In this document: one piece after another, positions 9,501 to 17,443 of the stretch
How the letters are laid out: every line of letters begins with the position of its first letter
Position numbering within the stretch: the stretch's first letter is position 1
NCBI GenBank assembly: GCA_022750375.1
Contig: JAKIVU010000002.1
Location: 38,946 to 102,945 of the forward strand
DNA from: Thermoplasmata archaeon
GTDB lineage: Archaea; Thermoplasmatota; Thermoplasmata; Lutacidiplasmatales; UBA184
Reading direction: 5' to 3'
DNA: 64,000 nt
Notes under the pieces: generated by a model
Seen by the model: the letters and a program-made list of their open reading frames with translations, nothing else
The model's database searches: none
Told to the model about the DNA's origin: nothing
Made by a program: the position numbers and the translations under genes

Positions 9501-9841
9501 TGAGCGAGCCGGACCGGCATCCGAACGTCACCGAGGCGCTCGACCGGGGGAACATCGACCTGCTGCTGAACGTGCCGCTGTCGCTGACGCAGGAGAAGTT
9601 CGAACAGATGCTCGAGGACGAGTACATCCTACGGCGGCGCGCGGTCGAGCTCGGGATCCCGCTCTTCACGAGTCTGGAGGCGTTCTCTGCGTACGTCGAA
9701 GGCGTCGCCTGGCTCGAGGACCATCCGCTCACGGTCGAGCCGCTCTACGGCTCCCCGGAGCCCGGAGCCGCCCCGGGAGCCGATGCCCGCCAACTGCCGG
9801 TCGTTCCGCGACGGCGTCGCCGTCGACGTCGCAAGGACTGA
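6533..9841 (+). CDS. carB: Carbamoyl-phosphate synthase large subunit
   Basis: True start is ATG 6533 ([31 protein letters not shown]). The first ~150 aa of listed ORF 6080..9841 are an Arg-rich artefact lying inside carA. Two ATP-grasp halves and an MGS-like C-terminus are present. The protein ends in an unusual [11 protein letters not shown] tail. Confidence 0.95.
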   Translation: [1102 protein letters not shown]

Positions 9842-9868
9842 ATCCGCCGCGCGGCCCGCGTCGGGGAC

Positions 9869-10531
9869 CTACGCGATCGGGAACTTCGTCACCGAGAACT
9901 CGGGGACGACCGTCGAGGTATCGAGCACTTCGGGGATCCCGCGAATCCGTTCCGTCACGAAGTCGAGCACCCGCCGTTTGGTCGCGGGCGGGGGGAAATC
10001 GAGGACGACGAGGATGTCCCAGTCGCCCGTCAGGAAGTGGAGCTCCTTGACCTCGGGCAGCGTCTCCAGGAGATTGCGGATCCGGTCGAGGTCGCCGCCG
10101 CGCACCTTGAGGTAGGTGAACGCGCGGACGCTGTGCAGCTCGCTCGGCATCAGCTCGGAGAGCTTCTCGTCCGTGAACTGCACCGCGCCCTCGAGTCGTG
10201 GGCCCTTCGGAGAGATCAGCACCGGGAACGTCTGGACGCCGCGCAGGTGCTCGGCGATCAGCCGCTCCACCCGTCCGACCTTCTCGATGTCGACGACCTT
10301 GATGTGATACCCCCGCCGGGCGGCGATCTCCTCCGCGTGCGCGACGCAGCGCGCCTGGTCGTCCGAGAGAAAGAGGATCCCCTCCTCCCCGCGCGTGGTC
10401 CCTTCCCCCGCGCTCTGTGCGCCCTGGGGGGAGGAGGTCGCGACCTCGGTGGCCACCGGGGTACGATAGAATGTCGAGATCCCCCGCTTCGATTGAACGT
10501 AGAGGATCAGTTCCCGGGTCTCGTCGGCCAT
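9869..10531 (-). CDS. Lrp/AsnC-type ligand-binding (RAM) domain protein with N-terminal thioredoxin/glutaredoxin-like region; no HTH seen
   Basis: C-terminal half VRAFTYLKVRGGDLDRIRNLLETLPEVKELHFLTGDWDILVVL..IPEVLDTSTVV matches the AsnC/Lrp C-terminal fold. The middle ILFLSDDQARCVAHAEEIAARRGYHIKVVDIEK..VQTFPVLIS resembles a monothiol Grx-like fold. Confidence 0.65.
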   Translation of the reverse strand: MADETRELILYVQSKRGISTFYRTPVATEVATSSPQGAQSAGEGTTRGEEGILFLSDDQARCVAHAEEIAARRGYHIKVVDIEKVGRVERLIAEHLRGVQTFPVLISPKGPRLEGAVQFTDEKLSELMPSELHSVRAFTYLKVRGGDLDRIRNLLETLPEVKELHFLTGDWDILVVLDFPPPATKRRVLDFVTERIRGIPEVLDTSTVVPEFSVTKFPIA

Positions 10532-10557
10532 CGGCGGGGCGTCCCAAGCGGAGCGCT

Positions 10558-10565
10558 CTATTTAA
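10558..10565 (-). promoter_or_regulatory. TATA-like box (ttaaatag on minus strand) about 30 nt upstream of ATG 10531
   Basis: AT-rich octamer in a GC-rich spacer. It shares the AAATAG core with other putative boxes in this window. Confidence 0.4.
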
Positions 10566-10647
10566 TCAAATGGAGGTCCCGGAAGTGCCGGGGCCCCCGC
10601 CCCGAAGGGCGGGGGAAAAGGTTCGCACGGGCTCGCGCGTTGCGGGA

Positions 10648-11178
10648 CTAGTAGCGCTTGTAGCTGTCGGAGCGCTCTCGGCCCCCACCGCCACTGCCGC
10701 CACCTTGGCCGCCGCCGCCACCGGAGTAGCGTCCGCCGCCACCGCCACCGCCGCCGCCACCGTAGCCACCGCTTCCGCGGTCACGGAAGCCGCCGCCACC
10801 GAACGATCGGCGCTCGCTCTCGAACTCTTGCTGGCTCATGTCGAGCGTCTGGTTGACCTCGGGGATCGCCTCGGTCGACTTCGAGAGGTTCCCGTAGCGG
10901 CCCACGTTGAGGCGCATGTGCCCGCGGACGAGGGAGACGTACCCGTTGTCCACCAGGATGACCTCGTCCTTCGCGATCGAGCCGATCTGCTCGTTCCAGA
11001 GGGACAGGGTGATCACGGCCGTGTCGTCGCCGACGACGGCTTCGCACACCTTTCGGGGGTCGCCAAACTTGCCCATGACCTCCTTGGGTTCGCCCACGCT
11101 CAGTACCTTCGCGAGGACGTTCACTTGCTTCGAGTTCGGCGTTAGGTCTCGCACTTTGGTCAGGGGTTTGTCTACCAT
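10648..11178 (-). CDS. OB-fold single-stranded DNA-binding protein (SSB/RPA-like) with Gly/Arg-rich C-terminal tail
   Basis: True start is ATG 11178 (MVDKPLTKVRDLTPNSKQVNVLAKVLSVGEPKEV..VGDDTAVITLSLWNEQ..VILVDNGYVSLVRGHMRLNVG), a single OB fold. The tail is FGGGGFRDRGSGGYGGGGGGGGGGRYSGGGGGQGGGSGGGGRERSDSYKRY. The upstream 66 aa of the listed ORF look non-coding. Confidence 0.75.
   Translation of the reverse strand: MVDKPLTKVRDLTPNSKQVNVLAKVLSVGEPKEVMGKFGDPRKVCEAVVGDDTAVITLSLWNEQIGSIAKDEVILVDNGYVSLVRGHMRLNVGRYGNLSKSTEAIPEVNQTLDMSQQEFESERRSFGGGGFRDRGSGGYGGGGGGGGGGRYSGGGGGQGGGSGGGGRERSDSYKRY
10681..10803 (-). repeat. Low-complexity (GGN)n coding tract for the Gly-rich SSB tail
   Basis: The plus strand reads a ccgccaccgcc-type simple repeat. 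It translates on the minus strand to a 41-aa Gly-dominated segment. Confidence 0.8.
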
Positions 11179-11325
11179 CTCTTGTCGCCTTCTTGGTTCG
11201 CGTTCTGCGTTCGGGAATCGAGGAGCGACCCTCGTCGAGAGAACACTCGTCGAAACTAGGACGGGCGCGACGCTCGATGCTGGCTGGGCTCTGGGATTCC
11301 TCGACTGGCGCATGACGGAGGCGGG

Positions 11326-11334
11326 GATATAAAG
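11326..11334 (+). promoter_or_regulatory. TATA box candidate (gatataaag) upstream of the TPR gene
   Basis: Strongest AT-rich element in the 11179-11381 spacer, about 50 nt upstream of the listed GTG 11382. Confidence 0.35.
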
Positions 11335-11381
11335 CCGCCGTCGCCGCGTGACGGTGCCGCACGGGCGCCCCGCCACCGCCG

Positions 11382-12203
11382 GTGCCGCTCGGGCGGCATC
11401 CTTTTCCGCCGAGAGCCGCCTCGGTGCCCCGGGACCCCCCCGTGAGCCAGCGATTCGACCTCGGCGTGCACCATTTCCTTCGTCGAGAGTACGACGCCGC
11501 CCAACGGGCGTTCCGGGACGTCGTCCGGGAACGACCGACCGACGCGGGCGCCTGGTCGTACTACGGGATCTGCCTCGCCCATCTCGGGCAGGCGATGGAG
11601 GCGGAAGGGGCGCTGTCGCGCGCGGTCGCGCTCACCCCCTCGAATGCCGAAGCCTGGTTCCACCTCGGCGTGGCCCGCTCGCTCCGGGAGGAGTGGGGAC
11701 TCGCCGCCCTCGCCTATCGACGCACCGTCGCGCTCACCCCCGAGGACCTGGTCGCCTGGCACCGGCTCGGGGTCTCGCTCGCGGAATCCGGTGACGAGAC
11801 CGGCGCCTCGGCCGCGTTCGAACGGGCGCTCGTGCTCTCCCGGGACGGGTCGAGCCCGGACGGAAGCCCGCGCAGCTTCACTACCCCGGCGGGGGACGAT
11901 CACGTAGACGAGACGGGAGAACGAGAAGGGAGCCGGGAGGCGAAGAGCTGGCTCGAGCTCGCGCTGTCGCTCTTGACCCTGGGGGAGGAAGAAGAAGCGG
12001 TCGCCGCCTACGACCGCGCCTACACCCTCGACCCCGAGCGCGCGTCCCGCTCGCTCTTCCGCCCGATGTTGAAGCTCCTGACCGCCGTGGAAGGAGCGGG
12101 CGCGCCGGAACCGGCGGCACCGATGGCGGCAGTACCCGGTCAACCCGAGGGGCCTACGCTCCGTCGTCCGGAGCCGACCGTAGAGCGCCCCGAGATCGGC
12201 TGA
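11382..12203 (+). CDS. TPR-repeat protein
   Basis: At least three 34-aa TPR units: AGAWSYYGICLAHLGQAMEAEGALSRAVALTPSN, AEAWFHLGVARSLREEWGLAALAYRRTVALTPED, LVAWHRLGVSLAESGDETGASAAFERALVLS, plus a later SWLELALSLLTLGEEEEAVAAYDRAYTLDP. Start uncertain. Confidence 0.7.
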   Translation: MPLGRHPFPPRAASVPRDPPVSQRFDLGVHHFLRREYDAAQRAFRDVVRERPTDAGAWSYYGICLAHLGQAMEAEGALSRAVALTPSNAEAWFHLGVARSLREEWGLAALAYRRTVALTPEDLVAWHRLGVSLAESGDETGASAAFERALVLSRDGSSPDGSPRSFTTPAGDDHVDETGEREGSREAKSWLELALSLLTLGEEEEAVAAYDRAYTLDPERASRSLFRPMLKLLTAVEGAGAPEPAAPMAAVPGQPEGPTLRRPEPTVERPEIG

Positions 12204-12218
12204 GCGCGCACCGGCCGC

Positions 12219-13367
12219 CTAGAGCGGCTTCGGCGGGACCGTCACGATCGTCGACTCCGCCCACTCCTTGACCTTCTCGCGGGCGGCCGCGTGGCTCTCG
12301 TAGAACTTGTGGACCCGCTCGATGAGTTGCCCCTTGCAGTCCCCGCACAGGAGCTCCCCGGATTTGCAGGTCCGCGTCACCTCCGCGAACTTCGCCTCCG
12401 ACTCGGCGAACCGTGTCCGCCAGAGCGCCCAGACCGAACAGATCTCGGGCGTCGCGCCGAGGCGCCGCTGCTCTTCCACGGTCGCGCGTCCGCCGGTGAA
12501 CGCGGCGCGCAGCTTCCGCTCGACGGTCTTCGGCGGGTCGTTGAGGAAGAGCGCGTCGTCGGCGCGGTTCCCGGTCGTCGACATCGTCCCTTCCCCGAGC
12601 AGTCCCTGGACCATGCGGGAGTGGATCAGCGCCGGTTTCGGGTAGCCGAGGCCTTCCGCGATGTCGCGCGTCAGCCGGAAATGCGGGTCCTGGTCGATGC
12701 CGCACGGGATCAGGCACGGTACCGACCGGCCCTCCGCCCACGACGGCCAGAACGCGGGGACGCTCTGAAGCGCCGTGTAGAACACGAGGCCGATGTTGGT
12801 GCTCGGCGTGAAGCCGAACACCGCCTTGACGTTCGAGTACGTGATCTTCCGCGCCACTCGGATCGCGAGCGGGTACATCGCGCCGATCGAACGGGAATCG
12901 AAGAAGACGTGCGTCCGCTTCGGGTCGAACCCGAGGGCGAGGATGTCGTAGAGGTTCTCGAGGCCCCAGTGGGCCGTCTCCTCGCGGGTGAGACCCGAGC
13001 GGGCCCAGAACTTCTCGTCGTCCGTGATCTGGATGTACATGGGTACGCCGAGGCGTCGTTGCAGCCATTGGCACAGGTCGAACGGGACGAGGTGCGACGT
13101 GTGGAGCGGCCCGGAAGGCCCGCGGCCGGAGTAGAGGAAGAACGGACGGCCGTTTGCGTAGCCGTCGAGCAGCGGCAAGAGGTCGCGGTGGGAGTAGTAG
13201 ATCCCCCGGGTCAGGAGCGGATGCAGCTCCCCTCCGGAGACATGATGGATCCGGGCGAGGACCTCGGGCGTGATCTCCTGGGTCCCGAACAGCTCCCGCA
13301 GCCGGTCGTAGTCGATCTTGCCCTTGACCTCGTACGGAGTGACCACGAAGTCGTCGGGCGCGGGCAT
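12219..13367 (-). CDS. trpS: Tryptophan--tRNA ligase (archaeal/eukaryotic type)
   Basis: VTPYEVKGKIDYDRLRELFG, FFLYSGRGPSGPLHTSHLVPF (HIGH-type), ITDDEKF, and a KMSKS-like region GEGTMSTTGN. Length of 382 aa is typical. Confidence 0.95.
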   Translation of the reverse strand: MPAPDDFVVTPYEVKGKIDYDRLRELFGTQEITPEVLARIHHVSGGELHPLLTRGIYYSHRDLLPLLDGYANGRPFFLYSGRGPSGPLHTSHLVPFDLCQWLQRRLGVPMYIQITDDEKFWARSGLTREETAHWGLENLYDILALGFDPKRTHVFFDSRSIGAMYPLAIRVARKITYSNVKAVFGFTPSTNIGLVFYTALQSVPAFWPSWAEGRSVPCLIPCGIDQDPHFRLTRDIAEGLGYPKPALIHSRMVQGLLGEGTMSTTGNRADDALFLNDPPKTVERKLRAAFTGGRATVEEQRRLGATPEICSVWALWRTRFAESEAKFAEVTRTCKSGELLCGDCKGQLIERVHKFYESHAAAREKVKEWAESTIVTVPPKPL

Positions 13368-13380
13368 GGTCGTCCGCCCG

Positions 13381-13689
13381 TCACCCTTCGGGGAAGGTGA
13401 TCTTGGCGAGGATCGACTCGCGCTCCCCGAGCGGGACCCCGGCGGTGCTGAGCGCGTCCGCGACGCACGAGCGGGAATGCTCGTGGTGGATGCTGTGACC
13501 GCACGACGGGCACGTCGCCCACCCTTCGATCAGACGTCGGAGCCCCTCCCGAGACGTCGACGAATCCCGGCGTGCGAACCGTTCGACCAGGATCGCACCG
13601 CCCGCCTGGTTCTCGAGATTCGAGAGCGGCACGCGCACGGGGGTGTTGCAGATCGGGCAGCGGGCGGGATTCCGGCAGGTGCAGGTCAT
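13381..13689 (-). CDS. Putative zinc-ribbon protein (102 aa) immediately upstream of trpS
   Basis: CxC..CPIC near the N-terminus and CPSCGHSIHHEH further on. Its stop is 13 nt from the trpS start on the same strand. Composition is less Arg-biased than the overlapping frames. Confidence 0.45.
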   Translation of the reverse strand: MTCTCRNPARCPICNTPVRVPLSNLENQAGGAILVERFARRDSSTSREGLRRLIEGWATCPSCGHSIHHEHSRSCVADALSTAGVPLGERESILAKITFPEG

Positions 13690-13792
13690 GGGCGAAAGGG
13701 TACCGGTCGAACCGACCTAAAAGCCCGCTGCCCGACGACCGGAGGAGAGATGGACGGATATCCTCAAGAGCGAGGACCGCCGGTTCCCGTCC

Positions 13793-14128
13793 GTGCCCGA
13801 TACTCCCGAAGGACAGGCGCGCGAGATGCACCTCGAGATGATGGAGGTGCTGAAGCTCCTCAACCGGGTCGAGGAAGAACATGGAGCGACCGAGGGGCTC
13901 GAGAAGGACGAGGTCGTCCACATGCTCGGGAAGGTCGGCTTCCCGTCCGTGACCGTCGACCAGGCCGGACAAACGTTGGACGTGCTGATCGCGAACGGCC
14001 TCGCGCGGTGCCTCACCGACTCCGAGTACGCCTGGGATCGGGGAAGGGTCGTCGGGGAGCGGTTCGCCATCACCCTGGATGGGAAGCGGCTCCTGTTGAA
14101 AGAGCTCGAACGCGTCGGACGGGTCTAG
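13793..14128 (+). CDS. Small winged-helix-like protein, paralog of 15171..15521
   Basis: MEVLKLLNRVEEEHG..VVHMLGKV..TLDVLIANGLARCL..FAITLDGKRLLLKELERVGRV, with balanced composition. The start may instead be ATG 13826. Confidence 0.55.
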   Translation: MPDTPEGQAREMHLEMMEVLKLLNRVEEEHGATEGLEKDEVVHMLGKVGFPSVTVDQAGQTLDVLIANGLARCLTDSEYAWDRGRVVGERFAITLDGKRLLLKELERVGRV

Positions 14129-14172
14129 CCTCCCCCGCAAGCCCGCTTTATCCCCGGCGGCCTCTCCCGTCC

Positions 14173-15123
14173 GTGGTGCTTCGGAACGAGAGCCGTCACT
14201 TCCGCGTCGAGCGACTGGCCCCCGGCGTGCACGCCGCCGTCGCCACGCCCGACGGGTTCGGTCTCTGCAATTCTGGGATCGTCGACCTCGGAGGGGCCAC
14301 GGTCGTCTTCGACTCGATGCTCACTCCGATGGCCGGCGCCGCGCTCGCGCGCGCCGCCGAGCGGTGCACCGGACGCGCGCCCGATTGGGTGGTGAACAGC
14401 CACTGGCACGGCGACCACATCTGGGGAAACTCGGCGTTCGCGAATGGCCACGTCGTCTCCACCCGTCGGGTCCGACAGGTCGTACTCCAGAAAAGTCGTA
14501 AACAGTTCGACGACTGCCGCCGGGAGTTCCCAGCCGAGCTCGCGAAACTGCGCGCGCCGGACCCGTCCATCCACCCCGACGACGTGCGGGAGCTCCGCGG
14601 TTGGTTCCGCGGGATCCTCGCGACCCCGCGTTCCCACCGGGTTGTCCCGCCGGAAGTGACCTTCACCGACGAACTGGTCCTCGAAGGCACTCGTCGGTCG
14701 TTGCGACTCATTTCCTACGGCGGTGGCCACTCCCCGAGCGACGTGTTCGGTTATCTGCCGGACGAGCAGATCCTGTTCACCGGCGACCTCGCGCTGGTCG
14801 GTTACCACCTATCGGTCGGGGACGGCTGGCCCGACGAGTGGCTACGGATCCTCGCCCGGATGCGACGGCTGCGCGTCGACTCCCTCCTGCCCGGCCATGG
14901 GCCGCTCGGCACCGCGAAGACCCTCGAGCGTGGGCAGCGATACCTCCGGGACCTGACGCGGATCGTGCGGTCCGCGATCCGCCGGGGAACTCCCCTTGCC
15001 GAGCTCGAACGAACGCCGATTCCCGCGCCGTACCGCGACTGGCGGTTCGCGTTCATGTTCCCTGACAACCTCCGGCGAACGTACCGGTTGGCGACGGCCG
15101 GGACGCCCCGCCGGACGCCGTGA
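14173..15123 (+). CDS. MBL-fold metallo-hydrolase
   Basis: Only the 3' third of listed ORF 13318..15123 looks coding, starting at GTG 14173 or 14176. Motifs are VVNSHWHGDHIWGN (HxHxDH), GGGHSPSD and LLPGHGP. Confidence 0.85.
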   Translation: MVLRNESRHFRVERLAPGVHAAVATPDGFGLCNSGIVDLGGATVVFDSMLTPMAGAALARAAERCTGRAPDWVVNSHWHGDHIWGNSAFANGHVVSTRRVRQVVLQKSRKQFDDCRREFPAELAKLRAPDPSIHPDDVRELRGWFRGILATPRSHRVVPPEVTFTDELVLEGTRRSLRLISYGGGHSPSDVFGYLPDEQILFTGDLALVGYHLSVGDGWPDEWLRILARMRRLRVDSLLPGHGPLGTAKTLERGQRYLRDLTRIVRSAIRRGTPLAELERTPIPAPYRDWRFAFMFPDNLRRTYRLATAGTPRRTP

Positions 15124-15137
15124 ATCTGCCGTGGGCA

Positions 15138-15145
15138 TTTAAGTA
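15138..15145 (+). promoter_or_regulatory. TATA-like box (tttaagta) about 30 nt upstream of ATG 15171
   Basis: AT-rich octamer. The same TTAAGTA core also precedes rps15. Confidence 0.4.
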
Positions 15146-15170
15146 GAAGAACGCCGCGTAGTAAACGAGC

Positions 15171-15521
15171 ATGCCTACCGGGGACGCTCCGGATCCGGTC
15201 CGGGCGACGCTCGTCGCGATCCTGCAGCAGTTGAACCGAGCCGAGTCGCTCCACGAAGGCCGGGAGCGGGACCAGGCGCTCGCCCTCGCCGACCTCGAGC
15301 GGATGCTCTCCAAGTTCTGGGCGATCGACCAGGACCTCGTCAAGGTCCCGCTCGCACTCGGGCTCCTCGTCCGGAACGGGATGGTCGAAGTGCATTCCGG
15401 CGGGAACTACGCCTCTCCGAAACCCGGACCGAAGCCGGCGGTCAAGGCGCATTACCGGATCACCGCGGGCGGGAAGCAATTCCTGGTCGAGAACCTCCAA
15501 AAGAGCGACCGGATCAGCTGA
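15171..15521 (+). CDS. Small winged-helix-like protein, paralog of 13793..14128
   Basis: VAILQQLNRAESLHEG..LERMLSKF..ALGLLVRNGMVEV..YRITAGGKQFLVENLQKSDRIS. Same order of conserved positions as the 13793 protein. Confidence 0.6.
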   Translation: MPTGDAPDPVRATLVAILQQLNRAESLHEGRERDQALALADLERMLSKFWAIDQDLVKVPLALGLLVRNGMVEVHSGGNYASPKPGPKPAVKAHYRITAGGKQFLVENLQKSDRIS

Positions 15522-15564
15522 ATCCGACCCGCTCCGCCTCCCTCGATTTCCCCTCGGAAAAACC

Positions 15565-15572
15565 GTTAAGTA
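15565..15572 (+). promoter_or_regulatory. TATA-like box (gttaagta) about 28 nt upstream of the rps15 ATG
   Basis: AT-rich octamer in the spacer, at a distance consistent with a leaderless transcript. Confidence 0.4.
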
Positions 15573-15596
15573 GCCATCGAGAGTGGGCGGGCCCCC

Positions 15597-16052
15597 ATGT
15601 CGAGGATCCACTCCGGGCACAAGGGCCGCGCCGGCTCGCACCGGCCCTATCCTCTGACGAAACCCGAGTGGGTCACCGCCTCCTCGGAGGAGGTCGTCAC
15701 CCAGGCCGTTCAGCTCGCGAAGGGCGGAATGGGCCAGGCGCTGGTCGGGCAGACGCTGCGAGACTCCTACGCCATCCCGCTCTCCCGCGCGATCACGGGG
15801 AGGCGACTCGGTACCCTGCTGAGCGAGCACGGCATCAAGCCCGAGATACCGGACGACCTCCAGGCGCTGCTCAAGCGCGTCGTGCACCTTCAACGCCACC
15901 TCCGGACCCACCCGAAGGATCTCGCCAACCGTCGAGGGCTCAACCTGATGGAGTCGCGGATCCGACGTCTCGCCCGATACTACCGCCGGACCCGCAAGCT
16001 CCCCGAGAGCTGGCGGTACTCGGCCGCGGGTGCGGCGCTCCAGGTGGAGTGA
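15597..16052 (+). CDS. rps15: 30S ribosomal protein S15 (uS15, archaeal S13e type)
   Basis: [18 protein letters not shown]..., [44 protein letters not shown]. 151 aa. Confidence 0.95.
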   Translation: MSRIHSGHKGRAGSHRPYPLTKPEWVTASSEEVVTQAVQLAKGGMGQALVGQTLRDSYAIPLSRAITGRRLGTLLSEHGIKPEIPDDLQALLKRVVHLQRHLRTHPKDLANRRGLNLMESRIRRLARYYRRTRKLPESWRYSAAGAALQVE

Positions 16053-17443
16053 TGCCTTCGGGCCCCGACGGTTTCGTTGCCGACGCGAAATATCGGACCG
16101 AATTCGAGCACGCCCGGGCCCTCGTGCTCGGCCACCCTCGTCGCTGGCGCGTCATCTATCATTACGACGCGGACGGGATCGCGAGCGCATCGTCCGCGAT
16201 GCGGGCGTTCGCACGGCTAGGATATCCGGCCCAGGCGACCGCGCTCGCCGGCGTCGAGCGCGACCGGATGAGGACCCTCACCGAGAGCACGGCCGGCCCG
16301 ATCCTCGTGGTCGACACCGGGGCGAGCTGGCTCGACCTGTTCGCGCACCACCCGCACCCGGTCGTCGTGCTCGACCATCACCAGTACGCCGGCGCGCCGA
16401 ACCCGCCCGCGCTTCCCGAGCACGTCGCGTTCGTGAACCCGCTCGATTGGGGCGTCGACGGGATGAGCGAGATGTGCGCGGCGACCCTCACCTGGCTGTT
16501 CACCGTCTTTCTCGACCCGCTCAATTGGGACAACGCCCCCTGGGGCCTCTCGGGAGCGATCGGCGACCGTCAGCACGTGGGGGGTTTCCGTGGTCTGAAC
16601 GCGCGCCTGGTCGAAGAGGCGACCACCCGCTCCCTGGTCGTTCGCCGACCCGGCCTCGCGCTCTTCGGAGCCACGATGGGGGCGGCGATCGCCGGTGGCA
16701 TCGACCCGTTCGTCCGGGGCCTCTCCGGCCGCCCGGAGGCGGTCGGGAAGTTCCTCGATACGCTCGGGGTCGACCCGGCGCGACCGCCGTCGAGCCTCTC
16801 GGCCGAAGAGACGCGGCGCCTCGTCGAGGCACTGCGCACGCGGCTCGCCGGCGCGGGCGTCGCTCCGGAAGCGGTGCAGATCCTCGACCAGGAGCGATGG
16901 TTCCTCCCGGCGCTCGGCCTCGACGCGGAAGAGGTCTCGAACCGTCAGAGCGCCGCCGGACGGGCCAAGATGCCGGGGGTCGGGGTCGCCTACGCGCTCG
17001 GGGACCCGTCCTCGGCCGAGCGAGTTCGCCTCGCGGAGGACGGGTGGCGGTCGGGCGTCCTGCGCGGGCTGCGTCGACTGGAAGACGAGGGTGTAAATTC
17101 GATGAGTTCTTTGCAGTGGTTCGAGAGCCCGGACACCACCCTCGCGGGCACTCAGGCCGGTATGGCGATCCTCTACCTCCTCGACCCGGAACGGCCCGTC
17201 TTCGCCTTCTCGGAAGGGTCCGGACCGACGAAGGTCAGCGCGCGAGCCACCCTCCGGCTCGTCGACCGCGGCGTCGACCTCACCGTGACCTGCGCGAGAT
17301 CGGCGGCGGCGGTCGGCGGGGAAGGCGGCGGGCACCGGGTGGCGAGCGGTGCCACGATCCCGGCCGGCACCCGCGAGAAGTTCCTCGCCGAGGCGAACGA
17401 GATCCTCGGCCGTCAGCTGAGCGCCCGCACGGAGGCGTCGTGA
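16052..17443 (+). CDS. DHH-family RecJ/GAN-like nuclease
   Basis: True start is ATG 16052, overlapping the rps15 stop (TGATG). DHH motifs are present: [12 protein letters not shown] (DxD), [14 protein letters not shown] (DHH). The 5' 128 codons of listed ORF 15668..17443 lie in another frame of rps15. Confidence 0.85.
   Translation: MPSGPDGFVADAKYRTEFEHARALVLGHPRRWRVIYHYDADGIASASSAMRAFARLGYPAQATALAGVERDRMRTLTESTAGPILVVDTGASWLDLFAHHPHPVVVLDHHQYAGAPNPPALPEHVAFVNPLDWGVDGMSEMCAATLTWLFTVFLDPLNWDNAPWGLSGAIGDRQHVGGFRGLNARLVEEATTRSLVVRRPGLALFGATMGAAIAGGIDPFVRGLSGRPEAVGKFLDTLGVDPARPPSSLSAEETRRLVEALRTRLAGAGVAPEAVQILDQERWFLPALGLDAEEVSNRQSAAGRAKMPGVGVAYALGDPSSAERVRLAEDGWRSGVLRGLRRLEDEGVNSMSSLQWFESPDTTLAGTQAGMAILYLLDPERPVFAFSEGSGPTKVSARATLRLVDRGVDLTVTCARSAAAVGGEGGGHRVASGATIPAGTREKFLAEANEILGRQLSARTEAS

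Noticed and set aside
7606-10050. 814-aa plus-strand ORF overlapping carB, with similar long ORFs at 6335-7930, 7976-9403 and 9729-10547
   Set aside because: The translations are dominated by Arg, Gly, Pro and Ala with no recognisable motifs. They lie in alternative frames or antisense to the clearly conserved carB. This is the typical stop-codon-poor artefact of high-GC DNA.
10681-10803. GC-rich simple repeat that could be taken for a VNTR or non-coding repeat array
   Set aside because: It lies in frame within the SSB gene and encodes its Gly-rich tail, so it is a coding low-complexity tract.
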